Shown in pieces: positions 10,735 through 30,130 of a stretch of DNA of 64,000 bases. The notes under the pieces were generated by a model that saw nothing but the letters and a program-made list of their open reading frames with translations, made no database searches and had not been told where the DNA came from. Position 1 is the stretch's first letter. Each line of letters begins with the position of its first letter. The translations under genes were made by a program, and so were the position numbers. The stretch lies in assembly GCF_041248615.1 (NCBI RefSeq), contig NZ_CP158426.1. One strand, written 5' to 3'. Source of the DNA: Escherichia coli (GTDB lineage Bacteria > Pseudomonadota > Gammaproteobacteria > Enterobacterales > Enterobacteriaceae).

Positions 10735-13700
10735 ATGAGCGGAAAACCGGCAGCACGTCAGGGCGATGCCACAATGAAAGGTGGCCCGATAGTCCAGGGG
10801 TCGGCAGGCGTGAGGATTGGCGCGCCAACCGGCGTGGCCTGTTCAGTGTGCCCCGGCGGATTCACTTCCGGTAACCCGGTGAATCCGCTGCTCGGTGCAA
10901 AAGTACAGCCCGGCGAAACCGATTTCGCGCTGCCCGGCCCGTTACCGTTCGTGCTCTCCCGCACCTACAGCAGCTACCGGACGAAAACCCCTGCGCCCGT
11001 CGGTATCTTCGGTCCTGGCTGGAAAGCACCCTTTGATATCCGCTTACAGATACGCGATAACGAACTGATACTCAATGATAACGGTGGCAGAAGCATTCAT
11101 TTTGAGCACCTGTTTCCCGGTGAGGATGGCTTCAGCCGCAGCGAATTATTCTGGCTGGTGCGCGGCGGCGTGGCGAAACTGAATGAAAGTCACCGTCTTG
11201 CCCCACTCTGGCAGGCTCTGCCGGAAGAACTCCGCATGAGTCCGCATATTTATCTGGCGACGAACAGTCCGCAGGGGCCGTGGTGGATACTCGGCTGGAG
11301 TGAGCGGGTACCGGGTGTGGATGAGGTGCTGCCTGCGCCATTGCCGCCGTACCGGGTGCTGACCGGCCTGGTGGACCGCTTCGGGCGTACCCTGACCTTC
11401 CGGCGTGAGGCAGTTGGCGAATTTACCGGGGAAATCACCGGCGTGACCGATGGCGCAGGCCGTCAGTTCCGCCTGGTGCTGACCACGCAGGCGCAGCGGG
11501 CGGAAGAGGCCCAGCAGCAGGCGGTTGCAGCCGGAGCAAAACGACCAGATATCCCGGTTTCATTGCCGGACTATACAGAATATGGCCGGGATAACGGCAT
11601 CCGCCTGTCAGCGGTGTGGCTGACGCATGACCCGGAATACCCGGAGAATTTACCTGCCGCGCCACTGGTGCGCTACGACTGGACGCCACGCGGTGAACTG
11701 GCGGCGGTGTATGACCGCAGCGGTACGCAGATGCGCCACTTTACTTACGATGATAAATACCGGGGCCGGATGGTGGCGCACCGTTACGCAGGCAGGCCGG
11801 AGATGCGTTACCGCTACGACGACATCGGGCGCGTGACGGAACAACGTAATCCGGCGGGTTTAAGCTACACCTATCAGTATGAGAAAAACCGCATCATCAT
11901 CACCGACAGCCTGAACCGGTGCGAGGTGCTGCATACAGAAGGCGAAGCCGGGCTGAAACGGGTGGTGAAAAAAGAGCACGCTGACGACAGCGTCACACAG
12001 AGTCAGTTCGATTCCATTGGCCGCCTTCAGTCACAGACGGATGCGGCAGGCCGGACGACAGAATACAGTCCGAATGTGGTGACGGGTCTCGTCACACGCA
12101 TCACCACGCCGGACGGCAGGAAATCGGAATTTTACTATAACAACCAGAACCAGTTAACCTCAGCATCCGGGCCTGACGGACTGGAAATGCGCAGGAAATA
12201 TGATGAGTACGGGCGTCTGACGCAGGAAACCGCTCGCAACGGCGATATCACCCGCTACAGTTATGATAATCCGCACAGTGAATTACCCTCTGCAACTGAA
12301 GATGCGACGGGTAGCCGCAAGCAGATGACGTGGAGCCGTTACGGGCAGTTACTGACTTTCACCGACTGCTCAGGCTACCAGACCCGTTATGAATACGACC
12401 GCTTTGGTCAGATGACGGCGGTCCACCGTGAGGAAGGTGTCAGTCTTTACCGCAGCTATGACAGCCGTGGTCAGTTAATCTCGGTGAAAGATACGCAGGG
12501 CCGTGAAACGCAGTATGAGTACAACGGTGCAGGCGACCTGACCGCCATTATCACGCCAGACGACAACAGAAGCGAGACACAGTACGATGCGTGGGGAAAG
12601 GCCGTCAGTACCACGCAGGGCGGGCTGACGCGCAGCATGGAATACGACGTTGCCGGACGTGTCATCAGCCTGACCAACGAGAACGGCTGTCACAGCGACT
12701 TCAGTTACGATGTGCTCGACCGCCTGATACAGCAGAGCGGCTTTGACGGGCGGACGCAACGTTACCGTTACGACCTGACCGGGAAACTCACGCAGAACGA
12801 GGATGAGGGGCTTGTCACCCTCTGGCACTACGACGAATCGGACCGTATCACACACCGCACGGTGAACGGCGAACCGGCAGAGCAGTGGCGGTATAACGCC
12901 CACGGCTGGCTGAAAGAAATCAGCCACCTGAGCGAAGGTCACCGGGTGGCGGTGCATTACGGCTATAACCGTAAGGGACGTCTCACCGGCGAGCGCCAGA
13001 CGGTGCATAACCCGGAGACGGGGGAACTGCTCTGGCTGCATGAGACAAAACACGCCTACAACGAACAGGGTCTGGCAAACCGCGTCACGCCGGACTGCCT
13101 GCCTGCTGTGGAGTGGCTGACCTACGGCAGCGGTTACCTGGCGGGGATGAAGCTGGGCGACACGCCGCTGCTGGAGTACGCGCGCGACCGCCTGCACAGA
13201 GAAACGGTGCGCAGCTTTGGCAGCATGGCAGGCAGTAATGCCGCATACGAACTGACCAGCACATACACCCCCGCAGGCCAGTTACAGAGCCAGCACCTGA
13301 ACAGCCTGGTGTATGACCGTGACTATGGGTGGAATGACAACGGCGACCTGGTGCGCATCAGCGGCCCGCGACAGACGCGGGAATACGGCTACAGCGCCAC
13401 GGGCAGGCTGGCGAGTGTGCGCACCCTCGCACCGGACCTGGACATCCGCATCCCGTATGCCACGGACCCGGCGGGCAACCGGCTGCCGGACCCGGAGCTG
13501 CACCCGGACAGTACACTCACAGTGTGGCCGGATAACCGCATCGCGGAGGATGCGCACTATGTCTACCGCCACGATGAATACGGCAGGCTGACGGAGAAGA
13601 CGGACCGCATCCCGGCGGGTGTGATACGGACGGACGACGAGCGGACCCACCACTACCACTACGACAGCCAGCACCGCCTGGTGTTCTACACGCGGATACA

Positions 13701-14916
13701 GCATGGAGAGCCACTGGTCGAGAGCCGCTACCTCTACGACCCGCTGGGACGGCGAATGGCGAAAAGGGTATGGCGGCGGGAGCGTGACCTGACGGGGTGG
13801 ATGTCGCTGTCGCGTAAACCGGAGGAGACATGGTACGGGTGGGACGGCGACAGGCTGACGACGGTGCAGACTGACACCACGCGTATCCAGACGGTGTACC
13901 AGCCGGGAAGCTTCACGCCGCTCATCAGAATCGAAACAGACGTGACCGAACTGGAGAAAGCGCAGCGGCGAAGCCTGGCGGAGAAGTTACAGCAGGAAGG
14001 GAGTAAAGATGGTCACGGCGTGGTGTTCCCGCCTGAACTGGTGCGGCTGCTGGACAGGCTGGAGGGGGAAATCCGGGCAGACCGTGTGAGTGACGAAAGC
14101 CGGGCGTGGCTTGCGCAGTGCGGGCTGACGGTGGAGCGGCTGGCGGCACAGATCGAGCCAGTTTATTTGCCTGAGCGAAAAATACATCTTTATCACTGCG
14201 ACCACCGGGGACTGCCGCTGGCGCTTATCAGTACTGAAGGTGCAACGGAATGGCGTGGGGAGTATGACGAGTGGGGGAATCAGCTTAATGAGGAGAACCC
14301 GCATCATCTGTTCCAGCCATACCGCCTGCCGGGGCAGCAGTACGATGATGAATCGGGGCTGTGCTATAATCGTTATCGTTACTACGAGCCGTTACAAGGG
14401 AGGTATATTACACAGGACCCGATTGGGTTAAATGGGGGGTGGAATTTATATAAATATCCGCTGAATCCAATAAATTATGCAGATCCTCTTGGCTTAGCCG
14501 TAGATATAAACCACTTCCCAGTCAACGAAGACATACGAAATTATGCAGAGAAAGTTTGGAATAATCCTAATATCATTACAATTGGAACACATGGTGATCC
14601 TCAATCAGTATATGATGAAAATTATAATAAGATAGATGTCAAGACATTAGCTAATGAGGTTCGAAATCATCCTAAATTTAAACCTGGAATGTCAGTAAGA
14701 CTGTTATCCTGTAATACAGGAAAAGGAAATAACTCTTTTGCACAGCAATTGGCAGATGAACTAGGTGTGAGAGTCTATGCTCCTGACCAATATGACTGGT
14801 ACTATTCAAATGGTAAGGTAGAGCCTTGGGGAGGATTCTATGATGCAAACAATCAATTGCAAATGGACACGAATCAGCCTGGACATGAGTTTACATTCAA
14901 GCGAAGGAAACCATAG
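10735..14916 (+). CDS. rhs: Rhs family polymorphic toxin (RHS/YD-repeat core plus variable C-terminal toxin tip)
   Basis: 1393-aa ORF starting [11 protein letters not shown] as in E. coli Rhs proteins; many YD repeats; core ends at ...[13 protein letters not shown]...YADPLGL (about 14497), followed by an AT-rich 139-aa tip. Confidence 0.9.
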   Translation: MSGKPAARQGDATMKGGPIVQGSAGVRIGAPTGVACSVCPGGFTSGNPVNPLLGAKVQPGETDFALPGPLPFVLSRTYSSYRTKTPAPVGIFGPGWKAPFDIRLQIRDNELILNDNGGRSIHFEHLFPGEDGFSRSELFWLVRGGVAKLNESHRLAPLWQALPEELRMSPHIYLATNSPQGPWWILGWSERVPGVDEVLPAPLPPYRVLTGLVDRFGRTLTFRREAVGEFTGEITGVTDGAGRQFRLVLTTQAQRAEEAQQQAVAAGAKRPDIPVSLPDYTEYGRDNGIRLSAVWLTHDPEYPENLPAAPLVRYDWTPRGELAAVYDRSGTQMRHFTYDDKYRGRMVAHRYAGRPEMRYRYDDIGRVTEQRNPAGLSYTYQYEKNRIIITDSLNRCEVLHTEGEAGLKRVVKKEHADDSVTQSQFDSIGRLQSQTDAAGRTTEYSPNVVTGLVTRITTPDGRKSEFYYNNQNQLTSASGPDGLEMRRKYDEYGRLTQETARNGDITRYSYDNPHSELPSATEDATGSRKQMTWSRYGQLLTFTDCSGYQTRYEYDRFGQMTAVHREEGVSLYRSYDSRGQLISVKDTQGRETQYEYNGAGDLTAIITPDDNRSETQYDAWGKAVSTTQGGLTRSMEYDVAGRVISLTNENGCHSDFSYDVLDRLIQQSGFDGRTQRYRYDLTGKLTQNEDEGLVTLWHYDESDRITHRTVNGEPAEQWRYNAHGWLKEISHLSEGHRVAVHYGYNRKGRLTGERQTVHNPETGELLWLHETKHAYNEQGLANRVTPDCLPAVEWLTYGSGYLAGMKLGDTPLLEYARDRLHRETVRSFGSMAGSNAAYELTSTYTPAGQLQSQHLNSLVYDRDYGWNDNGDLVRISGPRQTREYGYSATGRLASVRTLAPDLDIRIPYATDPAGNRLPDPELHPDSTLTVWPDNRIAEDAHYVYRHDEYGRLTEKTDRIPAGVIRTDDERTHHYHYDSQHRLVFYTRIQHGEPLVESRYLYDPLGRRMAKRVWRRERDLTGWMSLSRKPEETWYGWDGDRLTTVQTDTTRIQTVYQPGSFTPLIRIETDVTELEKAQRRSLAEKLQQEGSKDGHGVVFPPELVRLLDRLEGEIRADRVSDESRAWLAQCGLTVERLAAQIEPVYLPERKIHLYHCDHRGLPLALISTEGATEWRGEYDEWGNQLNEENPHHLFQPYRLPGQQYDDESGLCYNRYRYYEPLQGRYITQDPIGLNGGWNLYKYPLNPINYADPLGLAVDINHFPVNEDIRNYAEKVWNNPNIITIGTHGDPQSVYDENYNKIDVKTLANEVRNHPKFKPGMSVRLLSCNTGKGNNSFAQQLADELGVRVYAPDQYDWYYSNGKVEPWGGFYDANNQLQMDTNQPGHEFTFKRRKP

Positions 14917-14972
14917 GTATGAGGTATTTTCTCTTTATATTTATAACAATCCCCCTTATCTCTGGAGGTCAT

Positions 14973-15521
14973 ATGAGTAATGATAGCGAAAAGATAATAT
15001 CAACATATTCGCTCAATTTTTTATCACCAGATGATGTGAGGAAAGAAGAACTTAAGGCATCACAAGGTGATAGTGATGCTGCATTTAAATTGTACAAATA
15101 TTACCTTTTTTGCGAGCCAAAATCATACAGAAAACAGCACGAATGGTTAATAATATCGGCAAATAATGGAAATGCTATAGCTCAATATAACTTATCAAGA
15201 GAACTTGAGTCAGAAGGAAAAGTAGATGAATCAATACAATGGCTGAAAAAATCAGCGGAACATGGTAATAATTATGCACAATATCAGATGTCAAAATATT
15301 TATTAAAAATAGGTGATATTAGAGGATCGGAATATTATCTAAACTTATCTGCGGATAACGGATGTGTATTTGCAATAAAAGATATTATCAAAAATATGAT
15401 GGATAGTGGAAGGTACGATGACGCCCTCATTTGGGTTGAAAAATTGAAAAAATTGTATCCTGACACAAATACCGAACTTTACATACAAAAAATAACGCAG
15501 AAAAAAAAGCAATCCAAATAA
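14973..15521 (+). CDS. Putative Rhs immunity protein with Sel1-like repeats
   Basis: Immediately downstream of the rhs tip, AT-rich like the tip; GGAGG Shine-Dalgarno before ATG 14973; repeats GNAIAQYNL / GNNYAQYQM resemble Sel1/TPR-like motifs. Confidence 0.55.
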   Translation: MSNDSEKIISTYSLNFLSPDDVRKEELKASQGDSDAAFKLYKYYLFCEPKSYRKQHEWLIISANNGNAIAQYNLSRELESEGKVDESIQWLKKSAEHGNNYAQYQMSKYLLKIGDIRGSEYYLNLSADNGCVFAIKDIIKNMMDSGRYDDALIWVEKLKKLYPDTNTELYIQKITQKKKQSK

Positions 15522-15809
15522 TAATTATATATAATTACTCGCACAGAGTTACAGTATTGCAAGAAATATATCTAGCATATAAAGTCGCCGCCAGTAAAGA
15601 TAAAGTACTGTGTAATCCTTCCTCCCATATAGGGGTAAAAACTTAGCATCCAGTGCCCTCGACTTAATTTTTAGTATTTTCTCTGTGAAGTGACACTTCG
15701 TAGGATTCAGTTCATGTTTACCAGAAAAAAGGTGGTCATTCTGGTGGTCTTGACAATCTCGATTTTTTGTTTTAGCTTTCCAATCAGCCAATTAATGGCT
15801 ACGGCGATC

Positions 15810-15825
15810 CCAGTCAGAGGAGCCA
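15810..15825 (+). repeat. 16-bp direct repeat of tRNA-Asn 3' end (distal att boundary of asnW island)
   Basis: ccagtcagaggagcca is identical to the last 16 nt of asnW (5258..5273); preceded by tacggcgatc, which is also found at the asnT-side boundary (revcomp of 30131..30140). Confidence 0.75.
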
Positions 15826-16276
15826 AATTTTAGTTTTGAGACATCTCTATGAGTCTCAAGACAGTTAAAAAATAAAAATTATTTTTACCCGGTTACCTTG
15901 TAAAAAAGTGACCGGGTTTTTTGATTTCTGTGTTTCGTGCGCTTAATCGAGTCTCACGCTTCAGTGAGCAAATTGCCCCCCAACAGACATCACGATTCGC
16001 AAGGTCAAAAACTTCGTTCCGTGAAGTACCGTACAAAGGTATAGAGAAAAATACCTTATGCTGGATGTCGCTGTCGCGTTTTTATCGGGAAACTATGCGT
16101 AATTGCCACTTTGCCTTCTGTAATCAGAAAAAGAAGAACTGGAATTTTAATAAATATTATTTCTCTGGGAATGGGGATTTTTTATAATCAATATGACGAG
16201 TTGAACATTATATTTTTATAATGATTATATGAGATTAAAGAAATCTGCCATAAAGACAGATTTCTTTAAAATATAA

Positions 16277-16993
16277 TTAGAGATTTGCGACGTTATGATA
16301 AACTTTTTGTACATCGTCGTCATCTTCAAGGGCATCAACAAGCCCTTCAAAGATTTCTAAATCTTCTGGGGAAAGCTCAACTTCAGATTGAGCAATCATT
16401 TCTAATTCTGTTGTTGAGAACTCAGTGATTCCAGCTGCTTTTAGAGCCGCGATTCCTTTATGAAGGTCAGTAGGTTCAGTATAAATAACAATATTACCTT
16501 CTTCTTCAGTTACATCACGAACATCAACTTCAGCTTCAAGTAAAATTTCAAAAATATGGTCAGGGTCTGTTCCTTTAAATACAATCACACCCGTATTGTC
16601 AAACATATAGCTGACAGAACCTGCCGCTCCGATATTGCCGCCTTTTTTATTGAAAATTGTGCGAACGTTAGCAATCGTACGGTTAACATTGGAAGTCAAG
16701 GTCTCAGCGATAATCATTGAGCCATTAGGACCAAAGCCTTCATAACGGCCCTGCACGAACGTTTCATCTCCGCCGCCTTTGGCTTTATCAATTGCTTTAT
16801 CAATAACATGCTTTGGAACTTGTGCCTGCTTTGCTCGTTCAATAACGAATTTTAAAGATGTGTTTAATTCTGGATCGGGTTCACCTTGTTTGGCAGCGGC
16901 ATAGATTTCTACACCGAATTTTGCATAAATTTTAGACGTCGCACCGTCTTTAGCCGTTTTTTTAGCAACAATATTGGCCCATTTACGTCCCAC
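16277..16993 (-). CDS. yeeN: YebC/PmpR-family transcriptional regulator YeeN
   Basis: 238-aa [30 protein letters not shown]..., typical YebC family; synteny next to amn. Confidence 0.9.
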
Positions 16994-17335
16994 TGGAATG
17001 ATCTCCTCGAAAATTTATTTACATTACTGGTAAATCGTTAACATGTGTTAATTCGGCATATTATATCATAACAGGAAAAATCTCGTCTATTAGAAATAAA
17101 AATATTCTAAAGTCATAATCTTATATTTAATTTCATAAAAAATTATATTGTTGGCGGGATTTTTTATAATTGTGTTTTGAAAGCATACTTGCTTTTAATA
17201 TGTGGGAATTATTAAGACGATAATAAAACTCGCATCTGTCCAAGAAAGCAAACAGCCCGCGTTTATTGCAGGCTATTTGCCAGATGTCTTACTTACTCCT
17301 TCACATCTATTTCTGATAAGAAGGTTCAGAACTTA

Positions 17336-18790
17336 TTATCGGAACGGCGGCTCATTAAAGGTTCGTAATTTACGTGAATGCAGTCGGTCGCCTTCTGCGC
17401 GCAGCAAATCGATCGCCCGAATGCCAATTTGCAGGTGTTCGGAAATAGCGCCTTCATAAAAACGGTTAGCCTGACCGGGAAGTTTAATCTCACCATGTAA
17501 TGGTTTATCTGAAACACACAGTAGTGTCCCGTATGGCACGCGGAAACGATATCCTTGCGCGGCAATGGTTGCACTTTCCATATCAATTGCTACGGCCCGG
17601 CTTAAGTTAAAACGAAGTGCAGAAGCTGAGTAACGTAATTCCCAGTTCCTGTCATCTGTGGTTACCACAGTACCAGTACGTAGCCGCTGTTTGACTTCCT
17701 CACCGGGCCTGCCGCTGACTAACTTGGTGGCGTCATAAAGCGCACGTTGCACTTCAGCAATACTCGGAATAGGAATATCGGGCGGCAGTACCGCATCAAG
17801 AACGTGGTCATCGCGTAAATAAGCGTGTGCAAGTACATAATCTCCAATGGCCTGGCTTTCACGTAAGCCACCACAGTGACCAATCATCAACCAGACATCC
17901 GGGCGCAGCACCGCCAGATGATCGCAGATGGTTTTAGCATTTGACGGTCCCACGCCAATATTCACCAGAGTAATACCCTGACCATCGGCGGTAATTAAAT
18001 GCCATGCGGGCATCTGGTGTTTTTTCCATGCAAGGTCGGAAATGGCTTCTTCTGGCGCTTCGGTTTCGGCGGTGATCCAGTTCCCGCCAGCACAAGAAAG
18101 GGCAATGTAGGGACTATCAGGATCGAGGATCTGGCTGCATCCCCAACGAACGAATTCATCCACATAACGTGTGTAGTTGGTAAACAAGACGAACGGCTGA
18201 AAATGTTCAACTGGCGTACCGGTATAATGGCGCAACCGCGCAAGGGAAAAATCGACGCGGCGCGCATCAAAATGCGATAGCGGGGAGAATTCCGTTGGAT
18301 GATAAATGCCGTCTGCAGTTTCATCGCCAATTTGCGCCAGTTCTGTTGTCGGGAAATAGCGAGTTAACCCAGCGCTCATTGAGCGATCAAGTGTCAATTC
18401 AGAGCCATCGATGACATAAGGATAAGGGATTTCATGCTGCGAGGGTTGCACCGAGATATGCGCACCATAATCCTGATACAGCAACGTAAGTTGTTCATTG
18501 AGATACGAACGAAAGAGAGTAGGGCGAGTAATCGTGGTGGTGTAGCTGCCTGCGTGGGTAAAACGACCAAATGCGCGCGTTTTGGGGGGATTGGTTGTGC
18601 TACCGTCCCAGGTTACGGTCAGTGATGGATAGACAAAAAGACCTTGTTTGCGGGCGTTTTCATCAGGTAATTCGCCACTTGTAATATATTTGCCAATGGC
18701 GTTGCGTAAAGCGACTACAGATTGCTCATACAGCGCGTCGAGTTTATCCAGTGCCTGAGCTGGGGTCAGACCGGAGCCCTTATTATTCAT
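17336..18790 (-). CDS. amn: AMP nucleosidase
   Basis: ORF 17336..18946; start placed at internal ATG (18790) giving 484 aa MNNKGSGLTPAQALDKL..., matching recalled E. coli Amn. Confidence 0.9.
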   Translation of the reverse strand: MNNKGSGLTPAQALDKLDALYEQSVVALRNAIGKYITSGELPDENARKQGLFVYPSLTVTWDGSTTNPPKTRAFGRFTHAGSYTTTITRPTLFRSYLNEQLTLLYQDYGAHISVQPSQHEIPYPYVIDGSELTLDRSMSAGLTRYFPTTELAQIGDETADGIYHPTEFSPLSHFDARRVDFSLARLRHYTGTPVEHFQPFVLFTNYTRYVDEFVRWGCSQILDPDSPYIALSCAGGNWITAETEAPEEAISDLAWKKHQMPAWHLITADGQGITLVNIGVGPSNAKTICDHLAVLRPDVWLMIGHCGGLRESQAIGDYVLAHAYLRDDHVLDAVLPPDIPIPSIAEVQRALYDATKLVSGRPGEEVKQRLRTGTVVTTDDRNWELRYSASALRFNLSRAVAIDMESATIAAQGYRFRVPYGTLLCVSDKPLHGEIKLPGQANRFYEGAISEHLQIGIRAIDLLRAEGDRLHSRKLRTFNEPPFR

Positions 18791-18891
18791 GTGTGTCTCC
18801 TGTTCCATACAATTACCGCACATCCGATAGTATGTCACAGGAATGTGAAACAAAAGTTTAAGGCGAAGATCGGATGATCTTCGCCAGGCTA

Positions 18892-20208
18892 TTAAGCGCG
18901 TTGATTGTCTTTCATCAACAAAGCGGTCATTGCGGAAATCAGGCATCCAGCCAGCAAATAAATAGCGACGCTATGCCAGTTCCCGGCAAAGTAAGTGATG
19001 AGTGCAGCGGCAATAAAAGGTGTAAATCCACCGCCAACCACACTGGCAACCTGATAACCGACTCCAGCGCCACTATAGCGATAACTGGCACCAAACATTT
19101 CGGTAAACATCGGTTGTTGTACACACACCACCATATCATGCGCAATGTTTGCCAGCATGATGGAGAAGAAAACTATCCAGAAAATAGATTGTGCTTCAAG
19201 CGCCATAAAGAAAGGAAATGCGCTCAACGTTCCGAATAACGCACCTGTGATATAAACCCTGCGGCGACCAAAACGATCGGCAAGCCAGGCAAAACAGGGA
19301 ATTGTCAGGCAGCTTAATCCACCGACCAGCAAACCAATATTAAGGAAAAGTTCGCGCGGTAACCCCATATTCTGGGTTGAATAATTAAGTGCAAAGGCAG
19401 TAACAATGTACATCGTCAGCAACTCGCACAGTCGTAGTGCAATAATCTTCAGGAAAGCACCGGGATGTCGTAACAGAGCTTCGATAACCGGGATGCGTTT
19501 TTTCGCGGCCGCTTGATTATGTTGCTGTTGTTCAAATTCCGCGGACTCCTCCATGCCATTGCGCACCCACAATGCTCCCAGTACCAGTACGATGCTAAAC
19601 AGGAAAGGAATGCGCCAGCCCCAGCTTAAAAACTGTTCGTCAGTCGTCATCATACTGATCAATGAAACCAGTCCGGTTGAAAGCAGTAAACCTACTCCGT
19701 AGCCAACTTGTACACCGCTACTGTAAAAGGCTTTTTTATTTTTCGGCGCACTTTCAACGGAAAGCAACGCTGCGCCTCCCCATTCGCCGCCGACGGCAAA
19801 TCCCTGAATGGCACGCAGTGTCACCAGCAAAATAGGTGCCCACCACCCAATGGTCGAGAATGAAGGAAGAATACCAATCAAGGCTGTCGCGATGCCCATC
19901 ATCCAGACGGTCAGCATTAACATGCGCTTACGTCCCAGTCGGTCGCCAAAGTGACCGAAAATGACACCGCCTAGCGGTCGGAAAAGGAAGCCGACACCAA
20001 AGGTGGCAAATGCGGCGAGCGTTCCCATCGCCGGGCTTACTTGCGGGAAAAACTCGCGATTAAACACCAGTGCGGCGGTAATGCCATAGAGTAAAAAATC
20101 ATACCAGTCGACGACGGCACCAGCGAAACTGCCTAACGCAGCTCGTCGGGCGCGACTTAACGAAAGCGTCCCTTCATCGGGACGAGTGGAGATGAGCGTG
20201 GAGTCCAT
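18892..20208 (-). CDS. shiA: Shikimate transporter (MFS)
   Basis: 438-aa MFS transporter with GxLaDRxGRR-type motif (FGHFGDRLGRKRM); synteny amn-shiA-yeeL. Confidence 0.9.
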   Translation of the reverse strand: MDSTLISTRPDEGTLSLSRARRAALGSFAGAVVDWYDFLLYGITAALVFNREFFPQVSPAMGTLAAFATFGVGFLFRPLGGVIFGHFGDRLGRKRMLMLTVWMMGIATALIGILPSFSTIGWWAPILLVTLRAIQGFAVGGEWGGAALLSVESAPKNKKAFYSSGVQVGYGVGLLLSTGLVSLISMMTTDEQFLSWGWRIPFLFSIVLVLGALWVRNGMEESAEFEQQQHNQAAAKKRIPVIEALLRHPGAFLKIIALRLCELLTMYIVTAFALNYSTQNMGLPRELFLNIGLLVGGLSCLTIPCFAWLADRFGRRRVYITGALFGTLSAFPFFMALEAQSIFWIVFFSIMLANIAHDMVVCVQQPMFTEMFGASYRYSGAGVGYQVASVVGGGFTPFIAAALITYFAGNWHSVAIYLLAGCLISAMTALLMKDNQRA

Positions 20209-20522
20209 AATGATCCTGTTTGTACTGTCTTTTTATAATTAGTATGGAAAAGGTAACTCACATTGCCGTCGATCTATAAACGAACCTTATGAGACTACCT
20301 CGACAGAGCGCATCTGCAAATGATTTTATGGCTGATTAGCGGCAACATGAAAAATTCGATGGAAGATGAAAGCACGGGCGTTGCTGGTGTTGTTTAAGGA
20401 TTAAGCAGAGCACCCACAGGTTCGAGATATGAAACATAAAAGTCCGCATATGTACAAAATAGCACCCTGATGAGTCTGATAGACTGCATTGCATTATAAC
20501 CAGTAGGGAGGCGAGGTTAGGT

Positions 20523-21575
20523 ATGTTTTTAGCATCATTGTTGAGACGTATTGCATTTAGTTACTACGATTATAAAGCTAATAATTTCAATATTGGAAAA
20601 ACAGACTTTGTTGTCATCCATATTCCCGATCAAATTGGCGATGCTATGGCCATCTTTCCAGTTATTCGGGCGATTGAAATGCATAAAATAAAGCATCTTT
20701 TAATTGTTACTTCGACTATTAATTTAGAAGTCTTTAATGCGCTCAAACTTGAACAGACTAAATTAACATTAGTTACAATGACTATGCAGGATCACGCAAC
20801 ATTAAAAGAAATAAAAAATTTAGCGAAGAACATAACACTGCAATACGGTACGCCGGATCTTTGTATAGAGGCGATGCGTAAAAAGAACCTGAAAACGATG
20901 ATATTTATCAGTCAGTTGAAAGCAAAAACGAATTTTCAGGTTGTTGGTTTAACCATGAAGTGCTATTCCCCTTTGTGTAAGGACGCGTCCCGGATGGATC
21001 AGAGTCTCCGGGCTCCCGTACCCATGACATGGGCATTTATGATGCGTGAGGCGGGTTTTCCAGCAGTCAGGCCAATATATGAATTGCCACTAAGTGAGGA
21101 TGTACTCGATGAGGTGCGCGAGGAAATGCGATCGTTAGGAGCTTACATTGCGCTCAATTTAGAAGGTAGTGCACAGGAACGTACATTTTCATTATCGATA
21201 GCAGAAAATCTAATAGCAAAAATTCAAAGTGAAACAGATATGCCAATAGTGATCGTTCATGGACCAAAAGGGGAAGATAAAGCCAGGGTATTAGTGGATT
21301 GTTATAATAATGTCTTCCGTTTATCCTTATCACCCTCGATTAAACGTTCGGCAGCAATCATAAAAGATGCTTATATCGCAATAACTCCTGACACCTCAAT
21401 ATTACATATGGCAAGTGCCTATAATACCCCCGTTGTTGCAATTTATGCTGATTACAAAACGCGATGGCCCGCAATGGCCGATGTTTCGGAGTCAGTCGTC
21501 GTTGGGCAAAAAATTGACAATATAAGTCTGGATGAATTCGCAAAGGCATTAAAAAGTGTTTTGGCGAGAATATGA
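20523..21575 (+). CDS. yeeL: Glycosyltransferase family 9 (heptosyltransferase-like), YeeL, apparently intact
   Basis: 350-aa uninterrupted ORF between shiA and yeeJ; AT-rich; family call from position and C-terminal GT9-like region. Confidence 0.65.
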   Translation: MFLASLLRRIAFSYYDYKANNFNIGKTDFVVIHIPDQIGDAMAIFPVIRAIEMHKIKHLLIVTSTINLEVFNALKLEQTKLTLVTMTMQDHATLKEIKNLAKNITLQYGTPDLCIEAMRKKNLKTMIFISQLKAKTNFQVVGLTMKCYSPLCKDASRMDQSLRAPVPMTWAFMMREAGFPAVRPIYELPLSEDVLDEVREEMRSLGAYIALNLEGSAQERTFSLSIAENLIAKIQSETDMPIVIVHGPKGEDKARVLVDCYNNVFRLSLSPSIKRSAAIIKDAYIAITPDTSILHMASAYNTPVVAIYADYKTRWPAMADVSESVVVGQKIDNISLDEFAKALKSVLARI

Positions 21576-21836
21576 GGCAGTATTTATGCATATTAATGCC
21601 GATCTGTTATGAACGGTGGTGTCATCAATACTCTGTGGCTGGTCAATCATTACAGAAAGCCAGTCTTTGGAGCAAAGCTGTACTCACCGGATACAACCAT
21701 AGTCACACCGAACGCGAATCTGGCGGTATCGCATTTTTATTTATTCATTTTCTGTGAGAGAAGGGCAAGTTCTGTAGAGGGAATGTAAAAAAGAGTGCCC
21801 CGAATGGAGCACTCTTTAAGGAATTATAGCGGAAAA

Positions 21837-29802
<7,966 letters not shown>

Positions 29803-30114
29803 GCTTACCTTCCCTGAACGAGCTAACATAAATGCGCCCTTTCTAGCACAGCGAAAAAAAGTAAATCCTGATAGCAATATGATTGAAAATTAATAACTTT
29901 TCGTTAAGCAGTTTTGGGTGTGAGTTGCAAGAGGGGAGACTACTGAATTACTCAAGTTTTATAATCGAGGGGAAAATGGTGATGGCGTCCATAGCAAAAC
30001 GCCCTCAACCATAAAGGTCGAGGGCGCTTAAGATGTCAAAAACCCGCTATCCGTTAAAAAGCAATGCTCAACTAAGGTCAGTGACATTGCGCTAAAAAGC
30101 GAATTTTTAGAATT

Positions 30115-30130
30115 TGGCTCCTCTGACTGG
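30115..30130 (-). repeat. tRNA-Asn 3'-end remnant (16 bp): att boundary of island 2 at the asnT site
   Basis: tggctcctctgactgg is the reverse complement of the tRNA-Asn 3' end; identity stops after 16 nt; adjacent island sequence is homologous to the island-1 end. Confidence 0.75.

Noticed and set aside
11132-14307. Multiple antisense and out-of-frame ORFs (up to 240 aa) inside rhs
   Set aside because: Arg/Ala/Pro-rich translations typical of spurious ORFs in a GC-rich gene; the + strand Rhs frame explains the region.
5274-16000. pks (colibactin) island or yersiniabactin HPI at asnW
   Set aside because: These islands are known to use asn tRNA sites, but no PKS/NRPS or siderophore genes occur here; content is an integrase pseudogene plus an Rhs module.
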